64,000 nt of DNA, from positions 2,749-66,748 of IMG/VR virus record IMGVR_UViG_3300035698_011651. One strand, written 5' to 3'. Both the position numbers and the translations under genes were made by a program. Numbering within the stretch: the stretch's first letter is position 1; each line of letters begins with the position of its first letter. Positions 39,861-48,802 of the stretch are shown here, piece by piece. Below the pieces are notes generated by a model. That model searched no databases. It was not told where the DNA came from and saw only the letters and a list, made by a program, of their open reading frames with translations. Origin of the DNA: a virus.

Positions 39861-40307
39861 ATGGCAGACAACACTGTAGTAGAATTTGTTAAGAAAATGA
39901 TAGGAAAATATGATATCCTATCGAAGATCGGTATAGCCGACGCCTCAGTAGGCCCTGAGGATTACAACAGGTTCGTAGCGTTTACTGCCCTAGCGCAGAC
40001 CGTTGAAGATGAGACGAAGGACGGCCTTCAGCTGTCAGACCTTCCTAAAATCTTTGGTAAGGCGGTAGGGGCCTTGATGGCCATAGCTGAAAGCAGCAAG
40101 GTTGATGGGACCGACAAGAAGGTATTTGTTGTCAGTATGGCGAAGGAAGTTTACCGCCTTATTGATAAGGGCGTGGCCGGAGACAAGAATCGAATCAATA
40201 TTCCATTTATTCCTGAGCCCTGGGAAACTAGGATCGAGATGAAGATTCTGGACTTGGTAGTTGGCTTTGGGGTAGAAACAGCCTGCAAGTATATAAAAAA
40301 AGATTAA
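39861..40307 (+). CDS. hypothetical phage protein with GxxKK motif (possibly holin-like)
   Basis: AGGAG RBS; DGLQLSD...DGTDKK...INIPFIP; followed by a terminator. Confidence 0.65.
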   Translation: MADNTVVEFVKKMIGKYDILSKIGIADASVGPEDYNRFVAFTALAQTVEDETKDGLQLSDLPKIFGKAVGALMAIAESSKVDGTDKKVFVVSMAKEVYRLIDKGVAGDKNRINIPFIPEPWETRIEMKILDLVVGFGVETACKYIKKD

Positions 40308-40350
40308 TCCCTTTCGCTCGCAGTGCTCCCCCACTGCGTCCGTTCCCTGG

Positions 40351-40380
40351 TGAGCCCGGTTTCGGCCGGGCTCATTTTAT
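40351..40380 (+). terminator. intrinsic terminator
   Basis: TGAGCCCGGT-TTCG-GCCGGGCTCA-TTTTAT. Confidence 0.75.
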
Positions 40381-40393
40381 TCTAAAATAGTTG

Positions 40394-40421
40394 TTGACAA
40401 ATCAACTTTGATCTGTATTAT
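40394..40421 (+). promoter_or_regulatory. sigma70-like promoter with overlapping inverted repeat (mirror 20832..20859)
   Basis: TTGACA-16bp-TATTAT; GTTGA-caaa-TCAAC overlaps the -35. Confidence 0.55.
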
Positions 40422-40459
40422 TACTATAGTAAATAAAATTTCCCAAGTATGTTCTAGCT

Positions 40460-40891
40460 ATGAGGCTGTTTATGGGGAAGCTGGAAGACTCTTATATCGC
40501 ATTTTCCGCTAAGGATGTAGCAGGGTTAATAGCCCGCGCCGCCGTTATTGGTGATGACGTGCTGTGGCTTATACTAAGTGATGAGTGCCATCTACGTCTA
40601 CCGTCAGACGACACACCGTTACTCCCCATAAGAATTGATCTGGGCAACATTAAAATACTTGATTCTAAATTAAATTCAAAGGTTGAAATATTTGAATTAC
40701 ATGATAGAGTGTTACGGGAGATAAGAACTTGTGCAGCTGATCTCTCTCTTGGCGATATGGCTGAGTTTGGGATTGTGTTTAATATTGATGAAGAGTTTCA
40801 GTTACGGCTGTATCATTTGCCATATTTCTTTAGGGGTGATCCTGAAGTATTATTTGAGCTAAATGGCATATTAGATATTGATGGATTATGA
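40460..40891 (+). CDS. hypothetical protein
   Basis: ORF following the promoter. Confidence 0.7.
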   Translation: MRLFMGKLEDSYIAFSAKDVAGLIARAAVIGDDVLWLILSDECHLRLPSDDTPLLPIRIDLGNIKILDSKLNSKVEIFELHDRVLREIRTCAADLSLGDMAEFGIVFNIDEEFQLRLYHLPYFFRGDPEVLFELNGILDIDGL

Positions 40892-40901
40892 GGGAGAGGT
40901 T

Positions 40902-41162
40902 ATGAAATATTTAGTAGTTGCGTATACCGAGGCTCCGACAGTAACAACGGCGCACACAGTAACTCCAAGGTCTAGGTGGGGGTACATGACTATTAAGGGG
41001 GCAGAACTTCTTTACAAATATAAAAACGAGGTCGATACCCTTCTTAAGAGTACGTTTGGGGAGATGAAGGTATTTATTTTCTTACCAGACGGTACGGTGG
41101 GGGAGAGTAAGGTGTGTGCACTGCAAGAGGTGTCACCATTTGTTATGTATAAGGGGGAATGA
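40902..41162 (+). CDS. hypothetical protein
   Basis: GAGGT RBS before ATG 40902. Confidence 0.65.
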   Translation: MKYLVVAYTEAPTVTTAHTVTPRSRWGYMTIKGAELLYKYKNEVDTLLKSTFGEMKVFIFLPDGTVGESKVCALQEVSPFVMYKGE

Positions 41163-41530
41163 CCGTGGGTGAAATAGTAGATATTAGTGGTAAGAAGTTT
41201 GATGATAATGCGGAACCGACTGCCTACGCTGAGGGTTGTCCAGTCACAAAGGTATATTGTGATGAGGTTGGAATAGTGTGCTACGAACGGGAGGGGGCTG
41301 CGTCTATTCCACTTGGGTCTACTCCAGGCGCCAGCAGGCTAGCTGCGCTTAGACGCTGTGATGCTCTTTTAGAGTATTGTAAGCATAACTCGAATACCCC
41401 TTCAGAGTACACCACAAAACGGACTACGAGGATATCCCCTTATGGTAAGGGGGTGACATACGCTGAATTGGCAGACCAGACGATGGCGGCATGTAAGACG
41501 TCTAAAGTCACTAGGCATAAGAGGAGATAA
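41159..41530 (+). CDS. hypothetical protein
   Basis: ATGA overlap. Confidence 0.65.
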   Translation: MTVGEIVDISGKKFDDNAEPTAYAEGCPVTKVYCDEVGIVCYEREGAASIPLGSTPGASRLAALRRCDALLEYCKHNSNTPSEYTTKRTTRISPYGKGVTYAELADQTMAACKTSKVTRHKRR

Positions 41531-41535
41531 GTACA

Positions 41536-42093
41536 ATGAGTGATCGTTATGAAAGAGGGCGGTACAGCCACACCCGTAAGTTGTTCAAGGAAACCGCGCC
41601 ATCGGTTGTTAACGAGATCATAGACCTTCCACCTATTCCAGAGGACGTGGTAATTCCGTTGACAGTTCCTGACAACGATGTTTCTCCTGGAGACCTCGAG
41701 CCGATTAAGCTGGTGCCGGAGAAAGAGAAGGTCCCCACCGAGACTATATTGGATAAGAAGATAAAAGAGGTGCAGAAGGACATGGAGCGCAGGAATGCAC
41801 CACAGGAGGAAGTGAGGCCCGAGGAGCCTGAAGAGTCTGAGGAGATTGGAGAGCCTAAGGAGCCTGAGGGGCCTGAGACTGCGCAGATTGGCATAACTTC
41901 GGAGGAAATAACGGAGATGTCTGAAGGCTTGGAGGCTAAGGCAGCTCCGGTTGAAGAGCCCAAGTCCGAGCCTGGAGTGATAACCCCTCCATCAACTAAT
42001 ATACCGCCACCTAGCGAGCTTAATGCTTTCTTCGACGATGGCTTCACAGTTAGCGGGGCAGGCGGGGCCGCAGGCAGCGGGACTGGTGGATGA
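41536..42093 (+). CDS. acidic Pro/Glu-rich, probably disordered protein
   Basis: GAGGAG RBS; composition. Confidence 0.7.
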   Translation: MSDRYERGRYSHTRKLFKETAPSVVNEIIDLPPIPEDVVIPLTVPDNDVSPGDLEPIKLVPEKEKVPTETILDKKIKEVQKDMERRNAPQEEVRPEEPEESEEIGEPKEPEGPETAQIGITSEEITEMSEGLEAKAAPVEEPKSEPGVITPPSTNIPPPSELNAFFDDGFTVSGAGGAAGSGTGG

Positions 42094-42105
42094 TAGGAAA
42101 ATAAA

Positions 42106-42729
42106 ATGAATAGATCAAAGATTATAAATTTCTTGATTTCATTGTATGGGTATGAATCGTATCTGGAGATTGGTGTACGGAAGTTAATTGTTAATTTCAA
42201 CAAGGTAGTATGTAAGTTGAAGCATGGTATTGACCCTAATCCCAAGGCTAAGGCTACATACGTTATGACGTCTAATAGTTTTTTTAAGGGTCTTGATAAG
42301 GCTATAAAATATGATCTAATCTTTATAGACGGTATGCACACTGAGGAATCGGCATATGAGGATGTGCTAAACTCGTTGGATCACTTGTCCGATAACGGCA
42401 CTATTGTGATGCACGATTGCAACCCGGTGGATGAACATCGGCAGAGATCTTACGAGAAATACAGACGTTCCGGGGGGCACTGGAACGGCACCGTGTGGCG
42501 AGCATTTGTAAAGCTGCGTGTTAGGCGTCCAGACCTGGCTATGTACACTGTAAATACGGATGAGGGCGTTGGCATTATACGTATTGGGACTCAAGCGGTG
42601 CTGTCCTGCGATCTTAACAGTCTGGATTATAATATGTTTGCTAAGAACCGTGTAAATATGTTAAAGCTTGTTAAAGTTGATACGTTTAAGAAGATGGAAG
42701 TAAGCAGACGGGACTCACAGGCTACATGA
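42106..42729 (+). CDS. class I SAM-dependent methyltransferase (Methyltransf_24-like)
   Basis: YLEIGV, GIDP, YDLIFIDGMH, GTIVMHD, WNGTVW. Confidence 0.85.
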   Translation: MNRSKIINFLISLYGYESYLEIGVRKLIVNFNKVVCKLKHGIDPNPKAKATYVMTSNSFFKGLDKAIKYDLIFIDGMHTEESAYEDVLNSLDHLSDNGTIVMHDCNPVDEHRQRSYEKYRRSGGHWNGTVWRAFVKLRVRRPDLAMYTVNTDEGVGIIRIGTQAVLSCDLNSLDYNMFAKNRVNMLKLVKVDTFKKMEVSRRDSQAT

Positions 42730-43724
42730 TAGTTTTAAAGCACATACTATGTCCAGGCGATATTGCTGTTATGACGGTAGTGCCCAGGGAGATTTATAGG
42801 CAGTATCCTGGTAAGTTTGAGATAGCTGTGCAGACCAACCACCCAGATATCTGGAGTGGCAATCCATTTATTACCAGACACTTCGGGGCCAAGGCTACAC
42901 TCCCTTCTACCGCTAAGGTGGTAAAAATCGCATACGATGTTAAGTTAGCACACACAGGTAGGCATCACTTTATGCATGCGTATCTGCAGAAAGCTGTGGA
43001 TATGTTGAAGCCCCACGGTATAACGTCATTGCCACTTACTGAGCTCCGGCCGTGCATTCAGTTGAAGGAGGAAGAGAAGGAGGCCAGGCCGTTACGCGGG
43101 GAGCCTTATTGGCTTATCTGTACGGGGGGTAAATACGATTATACTCCTAAGTGGTGGGACCCAGAGTCGTGGCAAAAGCTTGGGTTAATGCTGGCATTTG
43201 AGCCATCAGTTCCGCGGCTTATACAAGTTGGCAAGACAGATGATGCCTTCCATCCGTGTGTTAAGAGCGCCATGGATTATAGAGATAGGAGCACTCTGAG
43301 AAATTTGATATGGTTGGTGGCGCACTCTTCTGGTGTAATATGCGGGGTAACTATGATCATGCACTTAGCCGCGGCGTTTCAAAAACCGTGTGTTGTTGTA
43401 GCTGGTGGTAGAGAGCCTTGGTGGTGGGACAGTTATGATAAGCGTATGCTTAAACGATTCCTTCCTGATGTACCTGACAAATTTAAACATTTAATCAACA
43501 CTATGATTCCCCACATTTATCTAGATACTCTTGGTAAACTTCCATGTTGTAAGGATGACGGGTGTTGGAAAGCAAGTCTAATCGATAAGAATGATCGTCC
43601 GTGTTCTAATGTGGTGTTGAAAGATAAGTACGCGGGCCCCAGTATAAACCTGGCATTGTGTATGAAGCGGATAACGCCTACACAGGTATTAGAGGCTGTA
43701 ATGACTTACGTGAAAGGGGTTTAA
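42726..43724 (+). CDS. GT9 (ADP-heptose:LPS heptosyltransferase-like) glycosyltransferase
   Basis: CPGDI, NPFI, KWW, QVG, TMIMHLAAAFQKPCVVVAGG, CMKRITPTQV. Confidence 0.8.
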   Translation: MIVLKHILCPGDIAVMTVVPREIYRQYPGKFEIAVQTNHPDIWSGNPFITRHFGAKATLPSTAKVVKIAYDVKLAHTGRHHFMHAYLQKAVDMLKPHGITSLPLTELRPCIQLKEEEKEARPLRGEPYWLICTGGKYDYTPKWWDPESWQKLGLMLAFEPSVPRLIQVGKTDDAFHPCVKSAMDYRDRSTLRNLIWLVAHSSGVICGVTMIMHLAAAFQKPCVVVAGGREPWWWDSYDKRMLKRFLPDVPDKFKHLINTMIPHIYLDTLGKLPCCKDDGCWKASLIDKNDRPCSNVVLKDKYAGPSINLALCMKRITPTQVLEAVMTYVKGV

Positions 43725-43725
43725 A

Positions 43726-43902
43726 ATGAATACAGTATTGTGTGACATCTGGATTGAGACAGGCCACCTCGCCAGCAGGACAATGAAGTTTAGTGAGGAT
43801 AGCGTAGAGTCAATGGAGGATAAGCGAGCTGACATTGTTGACCACGCAAAGTCTATAAAAGCTAATATAGATAAGCTTATCTCATTACTGCCGGTGGCAT
43901 AG
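43726..43902 (+). CDS. 58-aa hypothetical protein (not in ORF track)
   Basis: MNTVLCDIW...LLPVA; exactly fills the gap between neighbours. Confidence 0.55.
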   Translation: MNTVLCDIWIETGHLASRTMKFSEDSVESMEDKRADIVDHAKSIKANIDKLISLLPVA

Positions 43903-44726
43903 TGAAACGTTATATAAAAACTCTCATTGATAGAAAACACATGGTGCGAGACGGTACTGGATGGCGCCGCGTGGGTTACTCTGAGTCTATAATGAGTCAG
44001 TTTGACCGTTGGAGGCTGGACAGCGAGACCTCTAAGCGGTCGGTTAAGATTGTAAATTTCAAGCTGCATGATTTTGTTGCCGGCATAGAAGATATGAAAG
44101 CGACAGAATGTTTTCCATGCCACGTGGCTATCATTCAGTATATAATGCTTGATGAAGCAGCTAAGTATGGTGTGGTGGATAAAGTGGTAGAGGCATTACC
44201 GCATCATGCTATGTTGTATGATAAGATTCGTAAGAACTTTTTCAACGTACAGCGCACTGGCCGTGTGTTGTGTCCTAAGGTATCGCCATTGCTTACGTTC
44301 TTTGCCATGGATGCGGATATTGATGCTTTAGGTCCTGATGTAGACTGTTGCGACCTGCCTCTACCTGCAAATATATATGACTACGTAGTTTATGACAATG
44401 TGCTGTTTGATTGTACTAACCCACATGAGGCTATATTGTCTGCTAAACGTGTATTGCAGCGTGGCGGTCACCTAATCATAACTGAACAGTTGTTTGGGCC
44501 GGTTACTGGTCGCACCTGGTGGCGCCTCACCCCAAGTATGCTTAGGAAGATGCTTGAGGGGTTCAGAGAGATATATCTAAATACATGGGGCGGCCCTAGA
44601 GCTTTAATGCACACCGTCATGAGTAATGGCGGGTGGGACCCTATGCATCCTGACACCCTTAAAGAAGTGCTTAACGAGCACGACCCGCGGTGGCCATTAT
44701 ATGTGTGGGCTATCGCAGTTCGGTAA
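43902..44726 (+). CDS. SAM methyltransferase-like protein
   Basis: DLPLPANIYDYVV..PHEAI...RVLQRGGHLII (type 11-like C-terminal half); motif I degenerate. Confidence 0.65.
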   Translation: MKRYIKTLIDRKHMVRDGTGWRRVGYSESIMSQFDRWRLDSETSKRSVKIVNFKLHDFVAGIEDMKATECFPCHVAIIQYIMLDEAAKYGVVDKVVEALPHHAMLYDKIRKNFFNVQRTGRVLCPKVSPLLTFFAMDADIDALGPDVDCCDLPLPANIYDYVVYDNVLFDCTNPHEAILSAKRVLQRGGHLIITEQLFGPVTGRTWWRLTPSMLRKMLEGFREIYLNTWGGPRALMHTVMSNGGWDPMHPDTLKEVLNEHDPRWPLYVWAIAVR

Positions 44727-44732
44727 ACTATT

Positions 44733-45107
44733 ATGACAAACGAGAAACCTGTACGGTCAAAGTGGCGTATCACAGAGCACCGGAGACTGCGGTTATGTGT
44801 TTGCTGCGGCATAGAGTTTGCAAGCACAGGATCAGCAAACCGTTACTGTATTGTTTGTTTAAAGCGTGAGGCCGAAGCGAGAGCTCGGCCTTTCTCAATG
44901 GATAGCGATCGCAGGGAGTTGTTAAAGGAGTTTCTTAGTGATTTTGATGATGACATGTCGGATAGGCGACATAGAGAGAAGAAGCACGATGATAAGTTGA
45001 GGGAGTCTAGGCAGAAGAAGATTCTAAATAATAAGGCGCCAATAAATCCTGTTGTTGTTGTTAAAGAAAATAATAACTTGGATGTTGATTATTCATCCAA
45101 AGAATAA
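44733..45107 (+). CDS. Zn-ribbon protein
   Basis: CVCCGIEF...NRYCIVC. Confidence 0.7.
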   Translation: MTNEKPVRSKWRITEHRRLRLCVCCGIEFASTGSANRYCIVCLKREAEARARPFSMDSDRRELLKEFLSDFDDDMSDRRHREKKHDDKLRESRQKKILNNKAPINPVVVVKENNNLDVDYSSKE

Positions 45108-45113
45108 TATAAT
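45085..45113 (+). promoter_or_regulatory. sigma70-like promoter (mirror 16140..16168)
   Basis: TTGATT-17bp-TATAAT, then GGAGG RBS and ATG 45134. Confidence 0.7.
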
Positions 45114-45133
45114 ACAGACCGCTGGAGGAGTGA

Positions 45134-46057
45134 ATGTCTGAGTTAACTTACGACCCTGATTGGGAGCCGTTAGAAGTAGCTCCTGTAAATCCATATAAAC
45201 CAGCTATATTTTGGAACCGTAAAGAGCTGCGCAGGATGCGCCATAAGCTGCGTACTGTTTTGTCTGATTTTGCTGGACTTAGGATTGAGGGAGAAACACG
45301 GTTAGAGGTAATAGAGGCTATATGCAAAACTTTAAGGCTATATAATAGTTTTTCTATTAGCGATAGTCTTAGTTATTATGAGGGATCAGATCTCACTGTA
45401 GATGTAATTGATGAGATAAGCTGGCAGTTCCCTGGCAACAAACCAAGACTTGCGGAAGGTGAGGCAATACGTAGGTTAAAGGCGCAGCCAGAAGTGGAGT
45501 GGGTTCTTGGTCGTGTTATAGCGACACGCCTTCTGTCAAAGGTTGGTTGGAGTAAATCGCCTGGGTTTGCAATAAAGTATTTTGTATATACTGGACATTT
45601 GGCTGGACGTACATTTGTGAAAGAGTGGGTTGAAGGGTACGCCCCTACTGTAGCGCGTTGGTGGGGTCTGCCTAGAAAGAATATGGACTGGTTTGAAGCC
45701 CCCTATTTGCTGGGTATGTACTCATACATAAAGTTGTACCCGCCAAGGAAGGACGAGTGGATAGCAGAATATAAGCGTAGCTACAATGTAGGAACTCTTA
45801 GCAATGAAAATAGAAAGAGGCTTAAAGCTAGGTTTAATGACAGCAGCTGCCCCCACGGGTATAAGCCTGGCAGATATGAAACATGTATGGACTGTCACTG
45901 TGGCTACAGCGGACCAAAAGTAGGTCCCGGTGAATTCTGTGAGCTAGCCGTTAAGGTATATACCAAGGAGAGATCTAATGGACCCCAAAAGCCCGATAAT
46001 GCCGTCGCAGCAGTGCAGGCCCAAGGGGCAGCCGAGATGGTATGCGCCGGCGCGTGA
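45134..46057 (+). CDS. hypothetical protein with C-terminal Cys cluster
   Basis: GGAGG RBS; CPHG..CMDC..C. Confidence 0.75.
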   Translation: MSELTYDPDWEPLEVAPVNPYKPAIFWNRKELRRMRHKLRTVLSDFAGLRIEGETRLEVIEAICKTLRLYNSFSISDSLSYYEGSDLTVDVIDEISWQFPGNKPRLAEGEAIRRLKAQPEVEWVLGRVIATRLLSKVGWSKSPGFAIKYFVYTGHLAGRTFVKEWVEGYAPTVARWWGLPRKNMDWFEAPYLLGMYSYIKLYPPRKDEWIAEYKRSYNVGTLSNENRKRLKARFNDSSCPHGYKPGRYETCMDCHCGYSGPKVGPGEFCELAVKVYTKERSNGPQKPDNAVAAVQAQGAAEMVCAGA

Positions 46058-46529
46058 TATTACTGCGTTACTACCAGCGCTTGTTCATCGTGCTTTAATA
46101 GAGTGGGAGAAGGATTCCTCTCCTTATCGGTGGTTGCTAATAGACCATAAGGCTATGTACTCCGATGATGATGTTGGACGGCTGGCTGAGGCCCTGGCTG
46201 ATTATTTTAGCATTGACTGTGTTAAGGAGTCTACATCGGTAGAGGATGCTTTCATACGCAGTGGTTTAGATGATATACCTGTTTTATTACGTATGGTTAT
46301 GTTTAGTATGATTGGTGAGGAGGTGTTTGGCGCTTTCTGGTGGGGTATCCGCGACGTGACCCTTAAGACGGATGATGAGATTACGTGTTATAGCGAGGCA
46401 CTCTTGGCTGATAAAGCGTCCACTATAATACGTTATATGAAGATGCCTCCATGGAAACGTAGGATGGCTCGGCATTGGGACAGATGTAGGAAGTGGATTG
46501 TAAGGAGGCTTACAAGTGATGATTCCTGA
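45978..46529 (+). CDS. hypothetical protein
   Basis: AAGGAG RBS. Confidence 0.7.
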   Translation: MDPKSPIMPSQQCRPKGQPRWYAPARDITALLPALVHRALIEWEKDSSPYRWLLIDHKAMYSDDDVGRLAEALADYFSIDCVKESTSVEDAFIRSGLDDIPVLLRMVMFSMIGEEVFGAFWWGIRDVTLKTDDEITCYSEALLADKASTIIRYMKMPPWKRRMARHWDRCRKWIVRRLTSDDS

Positions 46530-47157
46530 TAATTATCTAGTTATTGACTTGGAGACAAACGGACTGGGCAGGAGGGCACACATAGTTCAGTTTGGATGGG
46601 CAAGTATTGAGGGCAGGAAATTAAAGTCTTCTGGCGCTGTAATGATACGTCTACCTACAGGGGCGTCCATGTCTCCCGGGGCGCAGGATGTTCATAATCT
46701 TTCTATTGAGAAGTTAGCGGCTGAGGGTAAAGATCCTAAGGAGACTATAGCAGCTATTCATGAGTTTGTGAGTGAGAGCTCGGATATCGCGGGGCACAAT
46801 ATTATTAGGTTTGACAGTCGTATTTTAAATGAGAACTTTTTACGGTATGGGCTGCCAACTATAGATTTCCAGGATAAGGCTTCAGTAATTGATACCGGAG
46901 GCCTGTATAAAGCCCGACAGATAGCTAAGCAGAAGCTTGGAAATCATTTTATGCGTGCCAGTGAGACACTTTATTCTTACGAGAAGCGTATTGTTAATAG
47001 GCGGTTAAGTATAAAGTGGAATTTGAATTTATGTGCTTCTACACTCAACGCGGGAGAGGTTCGCGGGCATCACGATGCCGAAGAGGACTGTCAGTATGTT
47101 TATCGTATTCTTGAAGCCATGCGTGAGCGTGGCTGGTTTGAGGAGCTACTATGTTAA
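46516..47157 (+). CDS. DEDDh 3'-5' exonuclease (DnaQ-like)
   Basis: ExoI IDLETNG, ExoII GHNIIRFD, ExoIII HDAEED. Confidence 0.9.
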   Translation: MMIPDNYLVIDLETNGLGRRAHIVQFGWASIEGRKLKSSGAVMIRLPTGASMSPGAQDVHNLSIEKLAAEGKDPKETIAAIHEFVSESSDIAGHNIIRFDSRILNENFLRYGLPTIDFQDKASVIDTGGLYKARQIAKQKLGNHFMRASETLYSYEKRIVNRRLSIKWNLNLCASTLNAGEVRGHHDAEEDCQYVYRILEAMRERGWFEELLC

Positions 47158-47708
47158 AGCGGTGCATCGCTGGTATAGATCTGGGATTCAGGCATACCGG
47201 CATAGTAATTGGGGATCCAGTTAAGTTAACCCTGTCTGGATACGAGGTGATTAATTCATTGTGTATTCATACTGAGAAAGCTGACAAGAAACATAAGGTT
47301 TATGTATCTGATGACGATGTACGATGTTGTCAAGAAATGATAAATAAGCTTGATGAGATGATTTCATTACACGAAGTAGCAGCCCTGGCAGTAGAGATGC
47401 CGTCTGGCGGAGGTAAGGGGGCGCGCGCACTTAGGTGTATGGGTATGGCCTCCGGTATGATAGCCGCATATACGGAGATAAAACGGCTGCCTGTTGTGTG
47501 GGTACGGCCTGAAGACATAAAGAAGAAAGTTGGAGGCGCAGGGAACGCCTCAAAGAAAGACATCCAGAACTCGATCAGGGAGTTGTTTCCAGACTTTGAA
47601 TTGCCAACAGTAGAGAAGAGTAGAGAGCATGTAGCAGATGCCGCCGCGGCTTTGATAGTAGCCAGGGACACTGATATTTACAAATTATTGGTTATGAAAC
47701 AGGAGTAA
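47151..47708 (+). CDS. ruvC: RuvC-like Holliday junction resolvase
   Basis: GIDLG...TG, AVE, PEDIKK..G.GNASK, HVADA. Confidence 0.85.
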   Translation: MLKRCIAGIDLGFRHTGIVIGDPVKLTLSGYEVINSLCIHTEKADKKHKVYVSDDDVRCCQEMINKLDEMISLHEVAALAVEMPSGGGKGARALRCMGMASGMIAAYTEIKRLPVVWVRPEDIKKKVGGAGNASKKDIQNSIRELFPDFELPTVEKSREHVADAAAALIVARDTDIYKLLVMKQE

Positions 47709-47710
47709 CT

Positions 47711-48802
47711 ATGGACGCCGATGACATTGGGAGCAAAAAGGTTAATGAAGAAGAGGTTAAGAAGCAGTTGGAGAAAGTTAGCCCAGAAGAAGCGAAGAAA
47801 CAGAAGCAGTACGCTGAGGAGTTGATGAAGAGATCAGACAAGCTTCTTATGTCTGATAATGAGGTAAAGAAGTATTCAGCTATATTTTATGCCGGGCAAT
47901 GTCTGTGCATGTATTCAACGCTGAAGGTTAAGGCGCATCTAGAGAAGCTTAATCTTCCTGTTGAGACGGTGCGCGGCATAATGCAGCGTATGTATGAGGA
48001 GGCGCAGAAGGGCTCCACGGTAGCCCATCTTAAGCAGTTGGTGGCTAATTACGTGATGCCAGTATTGGCTGCTGATAAGAAAAGAATTTATAGCACCGTA
48101 GCGGCCAAAGCGGCCGAAGCCAGGGAGAATGGCATACCTTTACCATTTCCATATTTAAATGAGCATATTGGTGGAGGTTTAAAGGCTGGCAAGATACTTG
48201 TATTGCAAGGTCTTGAGGAAGCAGTGAAGAAGGCTTTGGAAGCTGTAACTATTAATCTGTCAAAGCAGAAGGTAGAATACAGCAGGTTTGTTATGAGCTC
48301 TCCAGTCAAAGAGGACAAGCGTTTGATTGGGCGTATATGGTGGGGTAATTGTGCCGTCAGGAAGGCGGGCGCAAAGGATGTGTTTCGGCCATTCATCAAT
48401 TCAAAGGCTATTATAATAGATGACATGGAGGCATGTTGTCTAGGCATGGAAGAGGATAGGGGCCGAAGGCTTAACGTCATAATACGACGTGTGTTACGCG
48501 CGATACCTAAAAAGAAACAGTGTGTAGTAATGGGGTTGAAGCAGCCATTGGGGGGAGACTCGCCTACTACTCATCAAGAGTCTGTACACCTTGTGGATGT
48601 AGAGATTAAAGACGGCCAGTTGTTTGTTGCTGGTCAAAAACTTGGGGGAGTAAAAGATGCAGAAGACAGTGTACTTTCTGGGGTTCAGCCTGAAGCTGAG
48701 AAAGAATTGGAAGGATTACATGGAGCAGCCCAAGCTGGGCAACCTGAAGGATCCGGAGAAGATAGCAGCAAAGATAGAGGGCCATTGGGCGCGTCTAGCT
48801 GA
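47711..48802 (+). CDS. degenerate RecA/DnaB-fold protein lacking Walker A
   Basis: PFPYLNEHIGGGLKAGKILVLQG and IIIDDM present, but no GK[TS]. Confidence 0.5.
   Translation: MDADDIGSKKVNEEEVKKQLEKVSPEEAKKQKQYAEELMKRSDKLLMSDNEVKKYSAIFYAGQCLCMYSTLKVKAHLEKLNLPVETVRGIMQRMYEEAQKGSTVAHLKQLVANYVMPVLAADKKRIYSTVAAKAAEARENGIPLPFPYLNEHIGGGLKAGKILVLQGLEEAVKKALEAVTINLSKQKVEYSRFVMSSPVKEDKRLIGRIWWGNCAVRKAGAKDVFRPFINSKAIIIDDMEACCLGMEEDRGRRLNVIIRRVLRAIPKKKQCVVMGLKQPLGGDSPTTHQESVHLVDVEIKDGQLFVAGQKLGGVKDAEDSVLSGVQPEAEKELEGLHGAAQAGQPEGSGEDSSKDRGPLGASS

Noticed and set aside
40308-40460. tRNA or rRNA genes
   Set aside because: No cloverleaf or T-loop consensus was found by eye in any intergenic gap.
41547-42341. 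Long antisense ORFs (also 59220..59879, 33548..34039 and their mirrors)
   Set aside because: They shadow well-supported sense genes, often low-complexity ones, and oppose the uniform gene orientation.
47151-47708. TnpB/Cas12 or transposase
   Set aside because: Only 185 aa with a compact resolvase-type RuvC, no Zn finger and no IS ends.
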